In this document: positions 1 to 31,200 of the stretch, piece after piece
How the letters are laid out: the number at the start of each line of letters is the position of its first letter
Numbering within the stretch: position 1 is the stretch's first letter
Origin: Oculina patagonica
Taxonomy: Eukaryota
Length of the DNA: 64,000 nucleotides
Direction: 5' to 3'
Assembly (NCBI RefSeq): GCF_052425735.1
Contig: NC_135760.1
Span: 24,366,001-24,430,000, forward strand
Made by a program: the position numbers and the translations under genes
The notes under the pieces: generated by a model
What the model was told of the DNA's origin: nothing
What the model saw: only the letters and a program-made list of their open reading frames with translations
Database searches by the model: none

Positions 1-1217
1 ATTTAGCCTTCGTAAAAAACTAATAACTTTTTTCGGGTTACATAAAAATTGATGGGAAAAGATTTTACTTACGCTGGGTGTTTCCTCGCTGAATGAGCGT
101 GTGATGTATCGTGTGACAAGGCAAGTTTTTCCACTGTTCACTTTTCCCAGAAGGACGACTTTTAAATATGTTTTCTCTTGCATTTCATTGAAATTTCTTA
201 CGAGAAATGACTACTACCACTTGGCGTTACAGATCAACATGGAAGGAAGCATACAAACGATATTAAAGGTATATAAATTGCTGACAGCAGCTTCCTTTCC
301 ACCGGTCCGCCATGTTTGTTTGTTGTGGGGCTTCATGTAAGACTTGCATGTAACAGACGGCGACACAGACGGCATGCAATCCATACCCGACAAGCATGGG
401 CTGCAGCTGCAGGCCCAGAAGAGGTACTTCCGGTTTCGTCATGCCTGTCTACGTATACTGTCCATGGTTTCCTTGAAGGTATTTTTGTGGAATTACATTT
501 CAAATAGCTCCCAAACGATTTCTATCTTATTCATGTCAGCGAGCCTGGAAGCAGCTTTTCATGCTGTCAGTTTGAAGTAGCCATGGGGTGAAGAAGGAGA
601 GGGGAGGGGAAGGAAATGTGCCGCTCCAAGGGTATGGCTTTTGAACTGCCTTGCTCTGGCCGCTGGATGGTTAATATATAGATTTTTGAGGAGCACGTGA
701 GATCGCGATCGTGCAGAAACTAAAAAAACAATTCAAGTTCCCAGTGATTTGCTACAACATACTATACTGCACCTTTCCTTGTTTTTGTTACAATCTGATC
801 AATTAACATGAAAAGAAAATTAGGCCAACAAACCACTTAGAACTGGCGTAACGGCTGGTTTTCAGTTTTTAAGGGGAAGGAGGTGAGGTAGTAGGAGGAT
901 TGAGAGAATTTGAGGAGTGAAAACGGTGGAGGGGGAGGGTGGAGAGAAGGGAAGGGAACGCCCGCTATAAAGACCCCGATTGGTTCCCTTCCCCTTTATT
1001 AAACCCCTTCCCTTCCTCCTTTTTACTGGGCAATAGCACAAGAATCAGCCTTGGTTTCTCCCGTACGCTTTTTAGACCTGACCCGGAATTCTTATGGTCA
1101 AATTCAATAGCTGAAGCGCGTTTGCTTCAAAACGATACAACAAAGCGAATCGCCTGCGTTGCCAGACTTTTGCGTTTTTCTTGAGGGAAACAACCCGCGA
1201 GTTTGATGCAAGGAAAT

Positions 1218-1370
1218 CAGTGGCGGTCCAATCCTTGAACCGAGGGGGCCCTTTTTGTTTGTGTGCACCCCAAAAAACGTTTAAGCATGTCAGCCATTAA
1301 AAAGAAAACTGCCTTTTTCCAATGAAAAAATAAGGAGTGGACGGGGGCACCTGTCCTAGATCAGCCACTG
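1218..1370. mobile_element. CAG..CTG MITE with 5-bp TSD (hAT5-like)
   Basis: TIR CAGTGGC/GCCACTG; flanking direct repeat GAAAT. Confidence 0.7.
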
Positions 1371-2155
1371 GAAATATTAGAAAGAGGCACAAAGACTCTA
1401 GTTATTCTAGCAAGCATGGCCAGATAAGCACTTCCATTCAGGTTCAAGTTGAGTCCTTTTCGAGCGGTCAATTATAAGAAAGCCACTATAATCTTTAACG
1501 TTTTGCTCTCCACTCTACTTACAAATTTATTCATTGCCAATTTCTGTCCGAAGTTCAGTGTTCGGTGAGGGCGCTAGTAAGTAGCATGGAAAACTTGGAT
1601 CCGGGGGAGGGCACATATTAGGAGTGTTCTATAATAGCGGTGTTTAATAACAGACGGATGCGCCTATAACCAGGGTCTTTTTCGGTGCATTATATTATCT
1701 TTTTCCATACCATACCACCTACAATCATGGAATAACTCAAAGAAGAAGACTCTGATATCTCAAACTTCATTTCTTTAATACCGAAGCAATAATAAGTTCG
1801 ATTTTGAACAATAATTCGTCTTGTTTGACAAGAATACAATGTATACTTTGCAATTTTACATGTAACTGAGGGTAAGAAATGGTCATGTACGAGTCAGTAC
1901 CAACTAATTTTTTAAGTGCTCCAGTGTTCCAGATAAGAGAGTCATAGTTCAAAATCCCGACGAGGTCAGCTACCTGACCTGACAAATTCAAAACCACTAG
2001 TAATTTTGTGAGGGCAGTGAGAATTTGTCGCACTTGTATTCCTTTTCACATTAAAATTTTATCTGGAACCTTGGTGCTCGTACACTGTGTCTAAAGATAC
2101 TATGCAGTCATGCTTTAGAAACCACTGACATTATTAGTACAAAAAAGTTGAAAAA

Positions 2156-2190
2156 GCTGACGTTTCGAACGTCAGTCCTTTTTCAGAGGC
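2156..2190 (-). ncRNA. Decayed hammerhead motif
   Basis: Minus strand reads GCCT-CTGAAAA-AGGACTGACGTTC-GAAA-CGTC-AGC; the CTGANGA core has lost its G. Confidence 0.5.
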
Positions 2191-2568
2191 AGTAGTAGAA
2201 CCTCTTAAAGTCTTCTGAGCCTGCGGTCTTCATAAGCTGGTTGCTAAGCAACATGACATAACAAATTGACGTCAAACTGATGTGTAACGTTTTGGAGCAC
2301 ACCATTTTTCGAAAATAACCATCGTAACCTTTTCGGAATGTTCGACAAGGATTTCACAAAAAAAAAAAAGTGCCAGTATCCCTGTGCAGGTACATTCGTT
2401 TCCTTAAAGGCGTCCATAAAATTATTTTAAACCTTTCAAAAGTATACTGTTTTAACATTATAACGCCCATCTACCATCAAACAAAAAATCTATTCGTCCT
2501 GTTCCAAGACACCACCGCATTCATTTCTTTTTCAGTTCAGCAGCGCGTGACACAACTGGGCGATTGTG

Positions 2569-21759
<19,191 letters not shown>

Positions 21760-21812
21760 GTTGGATAACTGAAGGAGTCATGGCAGACTGGAGACTGGTA
21801 ACGAATCCTAGT

Positions 21813-21824
21813 TTTCGCGCCAAA
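21813..21824. promoter_or_regulatory. Overlapping double E2F site upstream of CHEK2
   Basis: TTTCGCGCCAAA about 54 bp upstream of the ATG. Confidence 0.6.
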
Positions 21825-21904
21825 ACGTGAAAGACATGACACGACGTCAAGACACGACGAAATGCATCACCAGCAAAATCTTCATTTTTTTGCCTTTTTG
21901 CGAA

Positions 21905-22705
21905 AATACCAAATTCGGCGTTACGTTCCGGCCCTCCAGATCCATAGTAATCGAATAAGAAAGTTGCACTCTCACTCAAAATGACGATTTTTTCCCCTTG
22001 TGATGAAAAGCCACCACGTAGATCACGCCTAAGTTTCACTCCAGATCTACCAAATACTGTCAGATTGAAATATAAAATATGAGTTCAACGTTAGGGTGAA
22101 TCTACGTGGTGGCATTTTCCCAAAAAGAACCAAAATGCACATCTCAAGTTTAAAAGTGGCAGTTGGATCTGGAGTGAAAAAAAAAAAAAGACTTGAACTT
22201 AGTGGCAGCTTTTCATCAAAAGGGAAAAAATTGTCATTTGGAGTGAAATAGTGCCACTTTCTTATTTGATTTATACTATGGACGTGGAGGGAACATTACG
22301 CCGAATTCACGTGGTGGCATTTTTCCCAAAAAGACCAAAACTTAAGATTTTAAGTTTCAAACTGGCCGTTTTTGGAGGATCTGAAGGGAAACTTATTGGA
22401 ATTCTTTTGACCAGGAGTGAAAATCAGGCTGAATCCACGTGGAAGCGTCTTTCCAAAAGGCCCAAACTACAAAGGGATTTTAAAAATGGCAGCTGTTAAT
22501 CAGGGGACCTAATGCATCTATGTGGAATGAAAATAAGGCTTTATCTTCCTGGTGGCATGTCATCACAAAGGCCAAAAACCTTTTTTTTTAGTTCCACATC
22601 GTCTGGTCATGTGTGGCACTTTCTTATTTGACTTCATTGGGCGTTGAGTGAACATTGGCTGAATCCATGTTTCAGTTGTTGCACTTTCCCAAAAGGGCCC
22701 AAACT
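21905..22705. repeat. Degenerate tandem and inverted repeat array upstream of CHEK2
   Basis: Unit GAAT(C/T)(C/T)ACGTGG..TTTCCCAAAA at about 22098, 22303, 22431, 22661; 21912-22050 is an inverted copy of 22163-22310. Confidence 0.7.
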
Positions 22706-22910
22706 GTACCTTTTTAACTGTAACTTATGGGACTTATAGGAAGCCAATGAAGGTGGTTAAGCCTGTATGTTGCATGGTAGAATCTCGGTGAACCTGTGAC
22801 TAGTCCGGAAGTTAGCTGCGGCATTCTGTACTCGTTGGAGTTTCATGACGTGCGAGTTCGGAAGACAATATAAAAGCTGTTTGTAAGGAGATTTGAAAAT
22901 TTATAAAGAT

Positions 22911-23123
22911 CAGGCCCGTAACTGCCTCGTCTTAATTTTAACTCAAAACTAAAAACTTTTGTCGGGAAAATAATCCTCAGTTGAACAAGATTGATTTTTA
23001 TCAAGAAATACCTCATGAAAAACTAAATTTCAACATTTTCTGGTGGGCATGCATCCAGAACCCCCTAGCACATAGCAAGATCTTGCCTCGTCCGTTGTGA
23101 AGATCTGGCTACCGGCGACCCTG
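22911..23123. mobile_element. CAG..CTG MITE with 5-bp TSD (hAT5-like)
   Basis: CAGGCCCGTA...CCCTG; TSD AAGAT. Confidence 0.65.
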
Positions 23124-26100
23124 AAGATTACCTATAAATTGCCGGTTTCAAGCCCTTCTACTTATAATCTCCTCTGGTTTACACGCATCTGTCTGCTATT
23201 TTGGATATAAAACCCCGTAAAGCATTCTATTCCCCCATCCAACCTTTTCACATACTTGTTTGCGTCCTCGCTAGCTGAAAATTGTTCTTCAAATAAAAAT
23301 GGGAATGGAATACTATTTCAAGTAGTGAAAGTAACTATATCCCTTCTCAGAAAACTCTTTGCTGCTTCAGTATAAGAGGCATAAAAAAGATTTTTTAACT
23401 TTGACTGAGGAGAGGTGTGCTCATGGTAAAACGTGATGGTGGTGTGAGACAGAGTGTCATGCGCAATTCCATCTTCATCATCATCATCATTTATTTGCCA
23501 CTTTTGAAATTAATAACAAGAAGTTTGAGAAGCTTGAGAAGCTTAAAATCGGGCGCTTAATAATTAGCTATCTGTTTTGACTTGAAAGGCAGGGTACAGT
23601 ACAGTAGAAATCACGGGAAAAACAGTCACTTAAACCTATTCAGGCCGGAGGGGGGGGGGGGGCTTTTGAGGCCCGCGCTGACTTTGGACGCTTATTACTT
23701 TTTCAAGATTCAACCAAACGCTGCCAAACTTTGCGCGTTTATCTAAAATTTATCTCGCAATAATTGGTAGGATTAGTTATTGTGCCAGTAACTTGAAATC
23801 ACCATGGCAAGGTCATTTTGACAGGCTTGTTTTCCCAAATTTGAATTTTCTTGTGTTTCTATTTAATAACGAAAATCTGGAATGTTTTCAAGATTGCATT
23901 ATTACTTAATGACATAATGGTCTCAATTTATAAAAATATATTTCGCACAATACAAATAAACGATTGAACTAGACGTCTAGAAAATATAAATTTGTAACAC
24001 TTAGCAAAGTGCAGCCTTTTTGCAATACTTAACAAAGGCGGGGTTTTTACCTAAAGACCAATTTTTCCAACGCTTTAGGTGGCTGACGCATTTCAGTATT
24101 TTCCAGCCCTTACACTTTAATGGAACAGTATACAACTCCTAATCAGGTAACTACTATTGTCAAGATAATGATCACAATTTATTGACCAATGATAAGGTAT
24201 TTGTTTAATACCATTACTGAAATAGCAACTGGTGAAGAATAGTAGTACTGACCCAAAGTATAAGGGATGGAAAACACTGAAAACCATTTCAGCCGCGTTT
24301 CAAGGAATCCAAAAAGCTTTACTTATCCCATATATATTTGTTTTGCAGTATTTTGTTAATTTTTGGACGATTTTGGGGGATGTCTGGGAGGCGATAGTTT
24401 TTCTCAAAGGATTAGTAAAATTTAGACAAATAAGAAATATTGGAGATTTAATGTGATTTTAAAAATTGAATTTGAACTTAAAAATTGGTGGACGGACACC
24501 AAACAGTCTCCTGACAACCCGGAGTGCTCTTGCGAGGGGGTCAACTGTTTGGAGGTGTTTCCATTCTTTTCTTCAATCCCTTCTTTAAATCTCTTAAAGT
24601 TCCATTCAAATTCAGGTAGAACCCCACCTTAAAATTTTGTTCTTGTGAGAAAACAACAGAAGTCAAAGGTTGCATGATATAACCAAGCATGGATTTTAAT
24701 TCTCCCTCCCTTTCCATCTCCTTAGCCTTTCAACCCCACCTGTCCCTCCCTTTCAACTCTCATTCAATTTAATGTTTGTTTACATTTCCTAAACAATTCA
24801 GTATCGTACTAATCTGTGCCAAGCAATCAGATAATAACAGAAATTTGCCTTAATTTTGATCTCCCATACCAAGACCTTAGAGTATAAACCGTTAATAAAA
24901 CAAAGCACACTTGATAATAATTCTCTGAGGTTATACACCTTGCAGTATTAACGTACTAACGAACTTGATAACAAACCCCAGGTCGTACTAAGGATTTTTA
25001 CTGATCAACATAGAAAATAAGTTCACAATGGTTTGTTCCCAAAACGTTTTTTACTGTACAGAGGGTCTGTATATTGACCTGTAACTTGTATACCATATTG
25101 AAAAATTCAGAACGAACCGACTTCTGCCATGATATCATGTTGAAAAATTAGCTCGTTCGAAACCGTAGCAAAATCGTTAGAGACAGACAAGATACAGCCG
25201 TTTACTGGCAGTCTTTGAAAATCCTGAATTTCGTCAAAATGAGCCAATATAAAGTTTTAAAATTTCCTTTATCAATATGGTTCTTATCTTTTTATACAAT
25301 TCTATGAACTGCTTTTATGCAGTACTGTCCACAAAGATTTCAATTTCCTCAAAGTTTCGGGACAAATGGATACAAAATATTTCGTGCAGAATGTAATTTG
25401 ATTAAGCGAATGTTGCCACGTCTATAAATACTTCAAGCAGTGAATGAAAAACCGTTTTGTTTTCATCGATGAAAACCACTTTCAAATAGTTAATGCATAA
25501 AAAATAACAATCAGATCAGAATACAATAATTATTAATGTAAGGTCTCGCTATTATGTCTCGGCAGAGATACTTCTTTTTTGCAAGTTCAAATGTATGCAA
25601 ATTTCGTGTGAAATATAATTCGATTCCATTGTCTTGTTTACAAACTCTTTCTAAAGAAAGTTGTATTTTCGTGAATAAAACCCATTGGCCTGTTTTGTTT
25701 TCCTGATCATGTTTGTCTGTGATTTTTACAAAACATGTGTGTTTTTTTTTGGAACTTTTAAGTTGTACAAAAATTCCTATTTTGAACACAGATGTCACTT
25801 CCGGAATTTCTCATCTAAAATTCAATTGGTATTTAATTATAATTATTCGAAGTTTTCATTTTCAAGTCATCTTTTCATTCGATAGCTTTACTGATCTCGT
25901 AAAAAATTCCATTCAAGTTCACACCAATACTGTACATTGCCAATGTTTTGCTGACGTCTTGAGAAGTGTCTTGTTAACGTCACTAGTCAAATCTGAAATA
26001 TATCCAAACCAAGTTGTGCAAACATTCTACTCTTTGTGACAGGCGACTTTGACGCCCAACTGTGCGGAAATGAAAATCGACATACCTCTTGCTAAATATA

Positions 26101-26541
26101 TATAAAAAAGTTTTAAAGTGGAGTCCGCATCAAAAAAATGTACCGCCAGATCACACTGCTATTTGTAGAAACCAGCAAATCGTCTAGTTTCAAAGTTTCC
26201 CACAAAAACATTGCGTGACATGAATGACGTTACCCCTTTTATTTACAAAAATAGCTTCAACTTGTCAAAGCAACCACAGTTTCACAATGGTGATTATTAG
26301 TACTTTACCCCTTAAGCTTTTTTCTTTGTCCTCCCGCCGAAGCAAAGAAGAGAATTAGATTGCAGATTAGCCCAAAAGTCGACCCAGTGTTCCTACAACG
26401 ATTTACTGTCAAAACTGAAATGAAACCGATTGGCCCAGGCTATCCCCGTCATTTTTAGCCGAGAGGAGACTATCGTCTAGGACGACCAAAGGGTAAATTA
26501 TAAATCGGCCACGCCCGATTAATTACAAAATAGCTCAAGTA

Positions 26542-26763
26542 CCTTATTGTTACTTATTTTCGCGGGCACTTAATTTCGCGAAAATGGAACAGGAATATTT
26601 CGCGAGTCTTAATTTTCGCGATTTGGCCAAAAATACGTAATTAGCATAAAAAATACAATAGAAATCGGTTGGAATTAATTTTCGCGGGTCTTTAATTTCG
26701 CGATTTTTTGAAAATCGCGAAAATCGCGAAAATTAAGTCCCGCGAAAATAAGTAACAATAAGG
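26542..26763. mobile_element. Palindromic Tc1/mariner-type MITE with TTTCGCG repeats
   Basis: TA|CCTTATTGTTACTTATTTTCGCGGG...CCCGCGAAAATAAGTAACAATAAGG|TA. Confidence 0.85.
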
Positions 26764-27119
26764 TAGATAGGGCGAAGAGACCTCCAGGAAACCATCAGGC
26801 TTATAGAGGAGGCCACCTCGGGTTAGCAATATGTTAGTAATTTCGCTGTGAATGTGCAGCTAGGCCAATTTCAGACTCATTTCAGCCATTGCTTTTTGTA
26901 TCAGATTTAATTAAGAAAGATGGGTCTTGGAGAAACTTTGTGTTTCGTGTGTGACAGTTGTTGACGATACAATACATCATACGTACATCGTTTTAGTTAA
27001 TTACAGACATTAAATGACCGTTTGGATTATAATCTTTAAAAGATCAGTCATATTTGTCTAGCGTTCCGTTATAGATCATTATAAAAACACGCATTTTTTT
27101 CCATGTGTTTAGTAGCATA

Positions 27120-27286
27120 CAGTCAACTCTCTCTAAAACGGACACCGTCGGGACCGGCTCCAACTGTCCGTCTTAAAGAGGTGTTCATCTTATAGGGAGT
27201 TTAGTTAAAATGACTAAAAAAGGGAGGGACCAGACCAACACCAGCTGTCCGTATTGCAGAGGTGTCTGTTAGGAGAGAGTTCACTG
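27120..27286. mobile_element. pogo/Tigger-like MITE
   Basis: TA|CAGTCAACTCTCT...AGAGAGTTCACTG|TA; a second, shorter copy at 27418-27520. Confidence 0.8.
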
Positions 27287-28214
27287 TACACACCTCTCGT
27301 AAAAGTTAACTCGAGAGAAGTGAGTCAGAAGTGAATAAAAGCGTTACACAATCGATTCTACTGATTGTGCTAAAAAAAGTTCGAGAAATCCTAGTGGACA
27401 AGGCTAAGTTCGCATTACAATCAACTCTCTCAATTACGGGTACCTCTTTTATAAGACAGACTCCTCTTTAGGACGGACAGTTGGAGGCGGTCCCAGTGGT
27501 GTCCATCCTAGAGTTGACTGTAGGTGTAAGTATTATTTGGGGAGAAGCCCTCAATTTCAAACCATAATTCTTCCAACTGAACTGAGGTAAAACATTGCAA
27601 ATTTCCTTCACAACTCATTGACTGACCTCGGAGGGGGGGACCTTTCTTTCCTTGGATATTTGGGTTTGCTGTATGAGGAAGAATTATGTCAAGTTTGCAA
27701 AAATAGCACACGAGGAAAGAACAAATTTGAAAATAAAAATGTCCTTCGTCTAATTAAATTGTGCTTTTTTGGTGCGAGACAGAGACGGCGTTTCTATAGC
27801 CAAACTTTTCTTAGTACATCCCCCCGTAAATATTAACCAAAAACTAAACATCGCAAATCAAGATACAATTAAGATAAATACCAATAATACACTGGTATTC
27901 ATTTATTCAATTGACTACTACAGTAAAATGGTTTTACAATATCATATTTACAACAGATACATGCCATTAGAAATACTTGATACTGCAGTAACTACCCATT
28001 TCAGTTCTTCATCAGATGTTAAGTTTGCAACAACAGATATTTTTTCCTACCAAACAAATTATTTGGAGATTCCTAATTTTCAACAAGAAAAAATAATAGT
28101 TTAAATGTACAAAATGTGGCATCGAAGAGAATTATCAAAGAAACTTATAGTTTCAACAGCAGCTTATTTTTTACAATTTACAGTTAAAAAATCTCATTGT
28201 TAAAAAAGGCTTTT

Positions 28215-31200
28215 TTAATGTGGCACATGGTTAATCTGTTTGCGCAGCTCCATACACTGATCTCTGTCAATAAAAAGGCTGTTTGCCTTCACTTCAATAT
28301 CTTCTTCCAGTGACAGCTGCTTTCTGATGAGTCCTTTCAGTGACGCCTCTGCATCGGCTAGCTTTTCCCTCAGTCTCTCAATGTTGGTCGAAATTTCAAA
28401 TACTTCCTCTATGAGGCGGTACTGCACACGATCTCGGCAAAGCTCCACATTTGGCCTAAAGGTTCTGTTTTCCAGTCTTGTTTGTGAGACTTTCATGGGT
28501 GCTTCCTTATTAGCAATGGCTCTCTTCAGCATTTCAATGTTTTGTTCCATGGCTGCAATTTCTTCCATCACCTGTGCACATAGAAAGACAAAATTGATTC
28601 AATTAGTACCTTTCAACGTCCTTTCCCGGGGGGTACTCCCTATAACGGCCTATACGGGGAGGCTCCGCCCGAAAGGGGTACCTTTTTCAGGCTTCAGGTA
28701 TATAAAAGGGTAGGTATTTCACGAGTTTAAGTATATGAAAGGGTATGGAAATCTGTCATTTGGCTATTTATAAGGGCCTTTAATTAAAATATTTCGAACA
28801 GACGCAATTTATGGCTGTATTATTTTAATTTATTAAGCGTTACATAAAAATGACAAGAAAACGTGCTATTTTAAGTCCATGCCATGTCTCTTAGGTATAT
28901 GAAAGGGGTACCTTTTTTCAGTTAAAGGTATACAAAAGGGGTACAATTTCTGTCAAAAATGGTATATAAAAGGGTAAGGGGTTAGAACTTGGGGCGAAGC
29001 CTCCCCGTATAAAACTTTTTGGAGTACCCCCCGGGGCGTCATTTTCCACTCTGTAGTAGGTACAACCCAATAAAGCAAGGGTATGTGATGGAAAGTGGGG
29101 TCAGTTTATCACTCTAGGGAGAAATTTCTTGTGCATAAAGAAATTCATGTTTATTGCCTCCATTTACATGTACTCTGAATTATAAAAGCCTGTAGAAACC
29201 AATTTTGCTAATGTTTTCGGGTCAGGGGCATTGTTCCTGTTGTTTGTTCTATTGTTCTCTTGAAGGGTAGCAAGCCAATCATGTGAGTTCTCATGAGAGC
29301 TGCTTCCTGACCCATTCTATCCTCTCACTGTTGATTAAAAAAGTTTTGACCTTACATTTTTAAGAAAATCAAGAAACAAAACAAAAAACCAGCGCAGAAT
29401 TGCAACCTTAAATGTTAGTCTTTTTTAACCCAATCCCCAGTCCAAAAAGTACAACTGACAAGCTAGCTAGCATGCCTCCAAGATCTATCATTTACATGTC
29501 AGAAACGTTTGAAAATAATCTTTTGACAAGCAATTGAAGGGCTCGCTGCAGAAAGGGCGGTAGTGATTTTGGCCGAAAACGAACATGGACAAAACGACTC
29601 CAAATTTCGCATGTGAGTTTGTTTACGTGTGCTAAACATTGTCCTGCATTTCATTTCGCTGGTCTTTCCTTCGTTTTAGAAAAATAACACATGCAAAAAG
29701 ACAAGGTTTTTGCTTGCGCGGCGTCTTTTGACTTTTCTTTTACAAACGATAAACAAAGGAAACCTTTTGTTTTTCAAGACGATGAAGTCAGCTAAATTTT
29801 TAGGGTTACAGTCCTAGCCCTAACGCAAAAGGTAACCCCAAGGCCGTAGGGTCGGGGTTAGAGTTTCAGATTAGGGTTACAGACTTAGCCCTAACGCAAA
29901 AGCCTAGCCCTAACGCAAAGAAAAAAAAAAGTTTAACACTAACCCCAAGGGATTAGGGAGTTAAGCCGTTTCAAGTTAAGTTTAGGATCAGAGTCAGCCT
30001 CAACCTTTTATAGATCGCGCTTTTAATGCAGTTAGCTTTCACGCCAGTTTGCTTGCAGCTAGCTTTTTCTGCAGTCTGCTTGCGGTTAGCTAGTTTTTGT
30101 TGTTTCGGGCAAGACTATTTTACTATGTTACCGTTCGCTGTAATTTGCCGAGGTGAAAGTGAAATAAAGACTGATTGTTGATTGAATACGTTTGCTCGTG
30201 TTGTCACATCAAGGGGACACTGCAAAACTCACGCTGACATAGTTCCCGACAAGAGATCTGTGTTTTAGACTTTATTACCGCTTGGCTCCGCCGGCCTTTG
30301 TCAAACAACTTTCTCTCTCGAGCGCTAAAGAGCACTATTGTACAAAACAAAGGCCGAACATCTCTCATTTCTTTGAGAAATGCTGTGGGACTACGGGTTT
30401 TCAGACTTAATGATGTCCTTCAACCGCCAAGCGGACGCACTCGCTCGAACGAACCAGTAGTTTATTTCCCCAAGAAAGGTGCCATTTTTGTTCTCTGTTC
30501 TTGAGCCACTAACATGTGACTTAAGACGTCACAATAGAATAGCGAGTCCCAGTCCCTCGCTGCCACCGCCTGGGAGCAAACGAAATATGACAAACATGGC
30601 GGTCAGTTAAGTTGGTTTCTGAAAAGCTGTTTTTACATCCCGGACGACTGTAATAAAGTGCCTCGGGGCAAGATTTTCACACGCGAGGCGTGGAAAAATG
30701 TCTAGTGCTGGATTACTGTGGACAATGTAAGTTACAAAATCTTTTTTTTGCATATGTTATTTTTCGAAAAGGAAGGAAAGAACAACGAAATGAAACACAG
30801 GACAGTGTTAAGCGCACGTAAACAAATCTGCATGCGAAATTTGGAGCAGTTTTGATAATGTTCATTTCAAGGGAAAATCACTACCGCCCTTTTTGCAGCA
30901 AGCCCTTCAATTAATGTTTCCACAAAAGGCTTTCATTCAGAAATAGCCTTTACAAGACATCTTCATGCAGAGTTACATGTAAATGTATCGTGCAAGTCTA
31001 TAAATTATTCACCTTTGCTAGATGTTGCTCTAGTTTTGTTTTTGCTTCAACAGTTTCCTCAATTCTCTTCTGGAATGCTAGGTTAACAGCTTGGCATTGA
31101 GCCTGAAGGTCACTCAAGGTCTGCATAAGGATACCATCTATGATGCTGCGCAGATTTATCGCAGAGTTTTTCTCGCGTTCTGCCTTGAGAACGTTTTTGT

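Noticed and set aside
101-600. Short ORFs, a possible micro-exon (232-268) and a minus-strand AACATGGCGG start at about 313 near a CCGGAAGT motif
   Set aside because: No recognisable protein and the ATG frame closes after 16 codons; cannot be supported without flanking sequence.
23630-26320. piggyBac-like left end (TTAA-ACCTATTCAGGCCGG) followed by 2.6 kb of unexplained AT-rich DNA
   Set aside because: No matching right TIR or coding remnant found by eye, so boundaries cannot be set.
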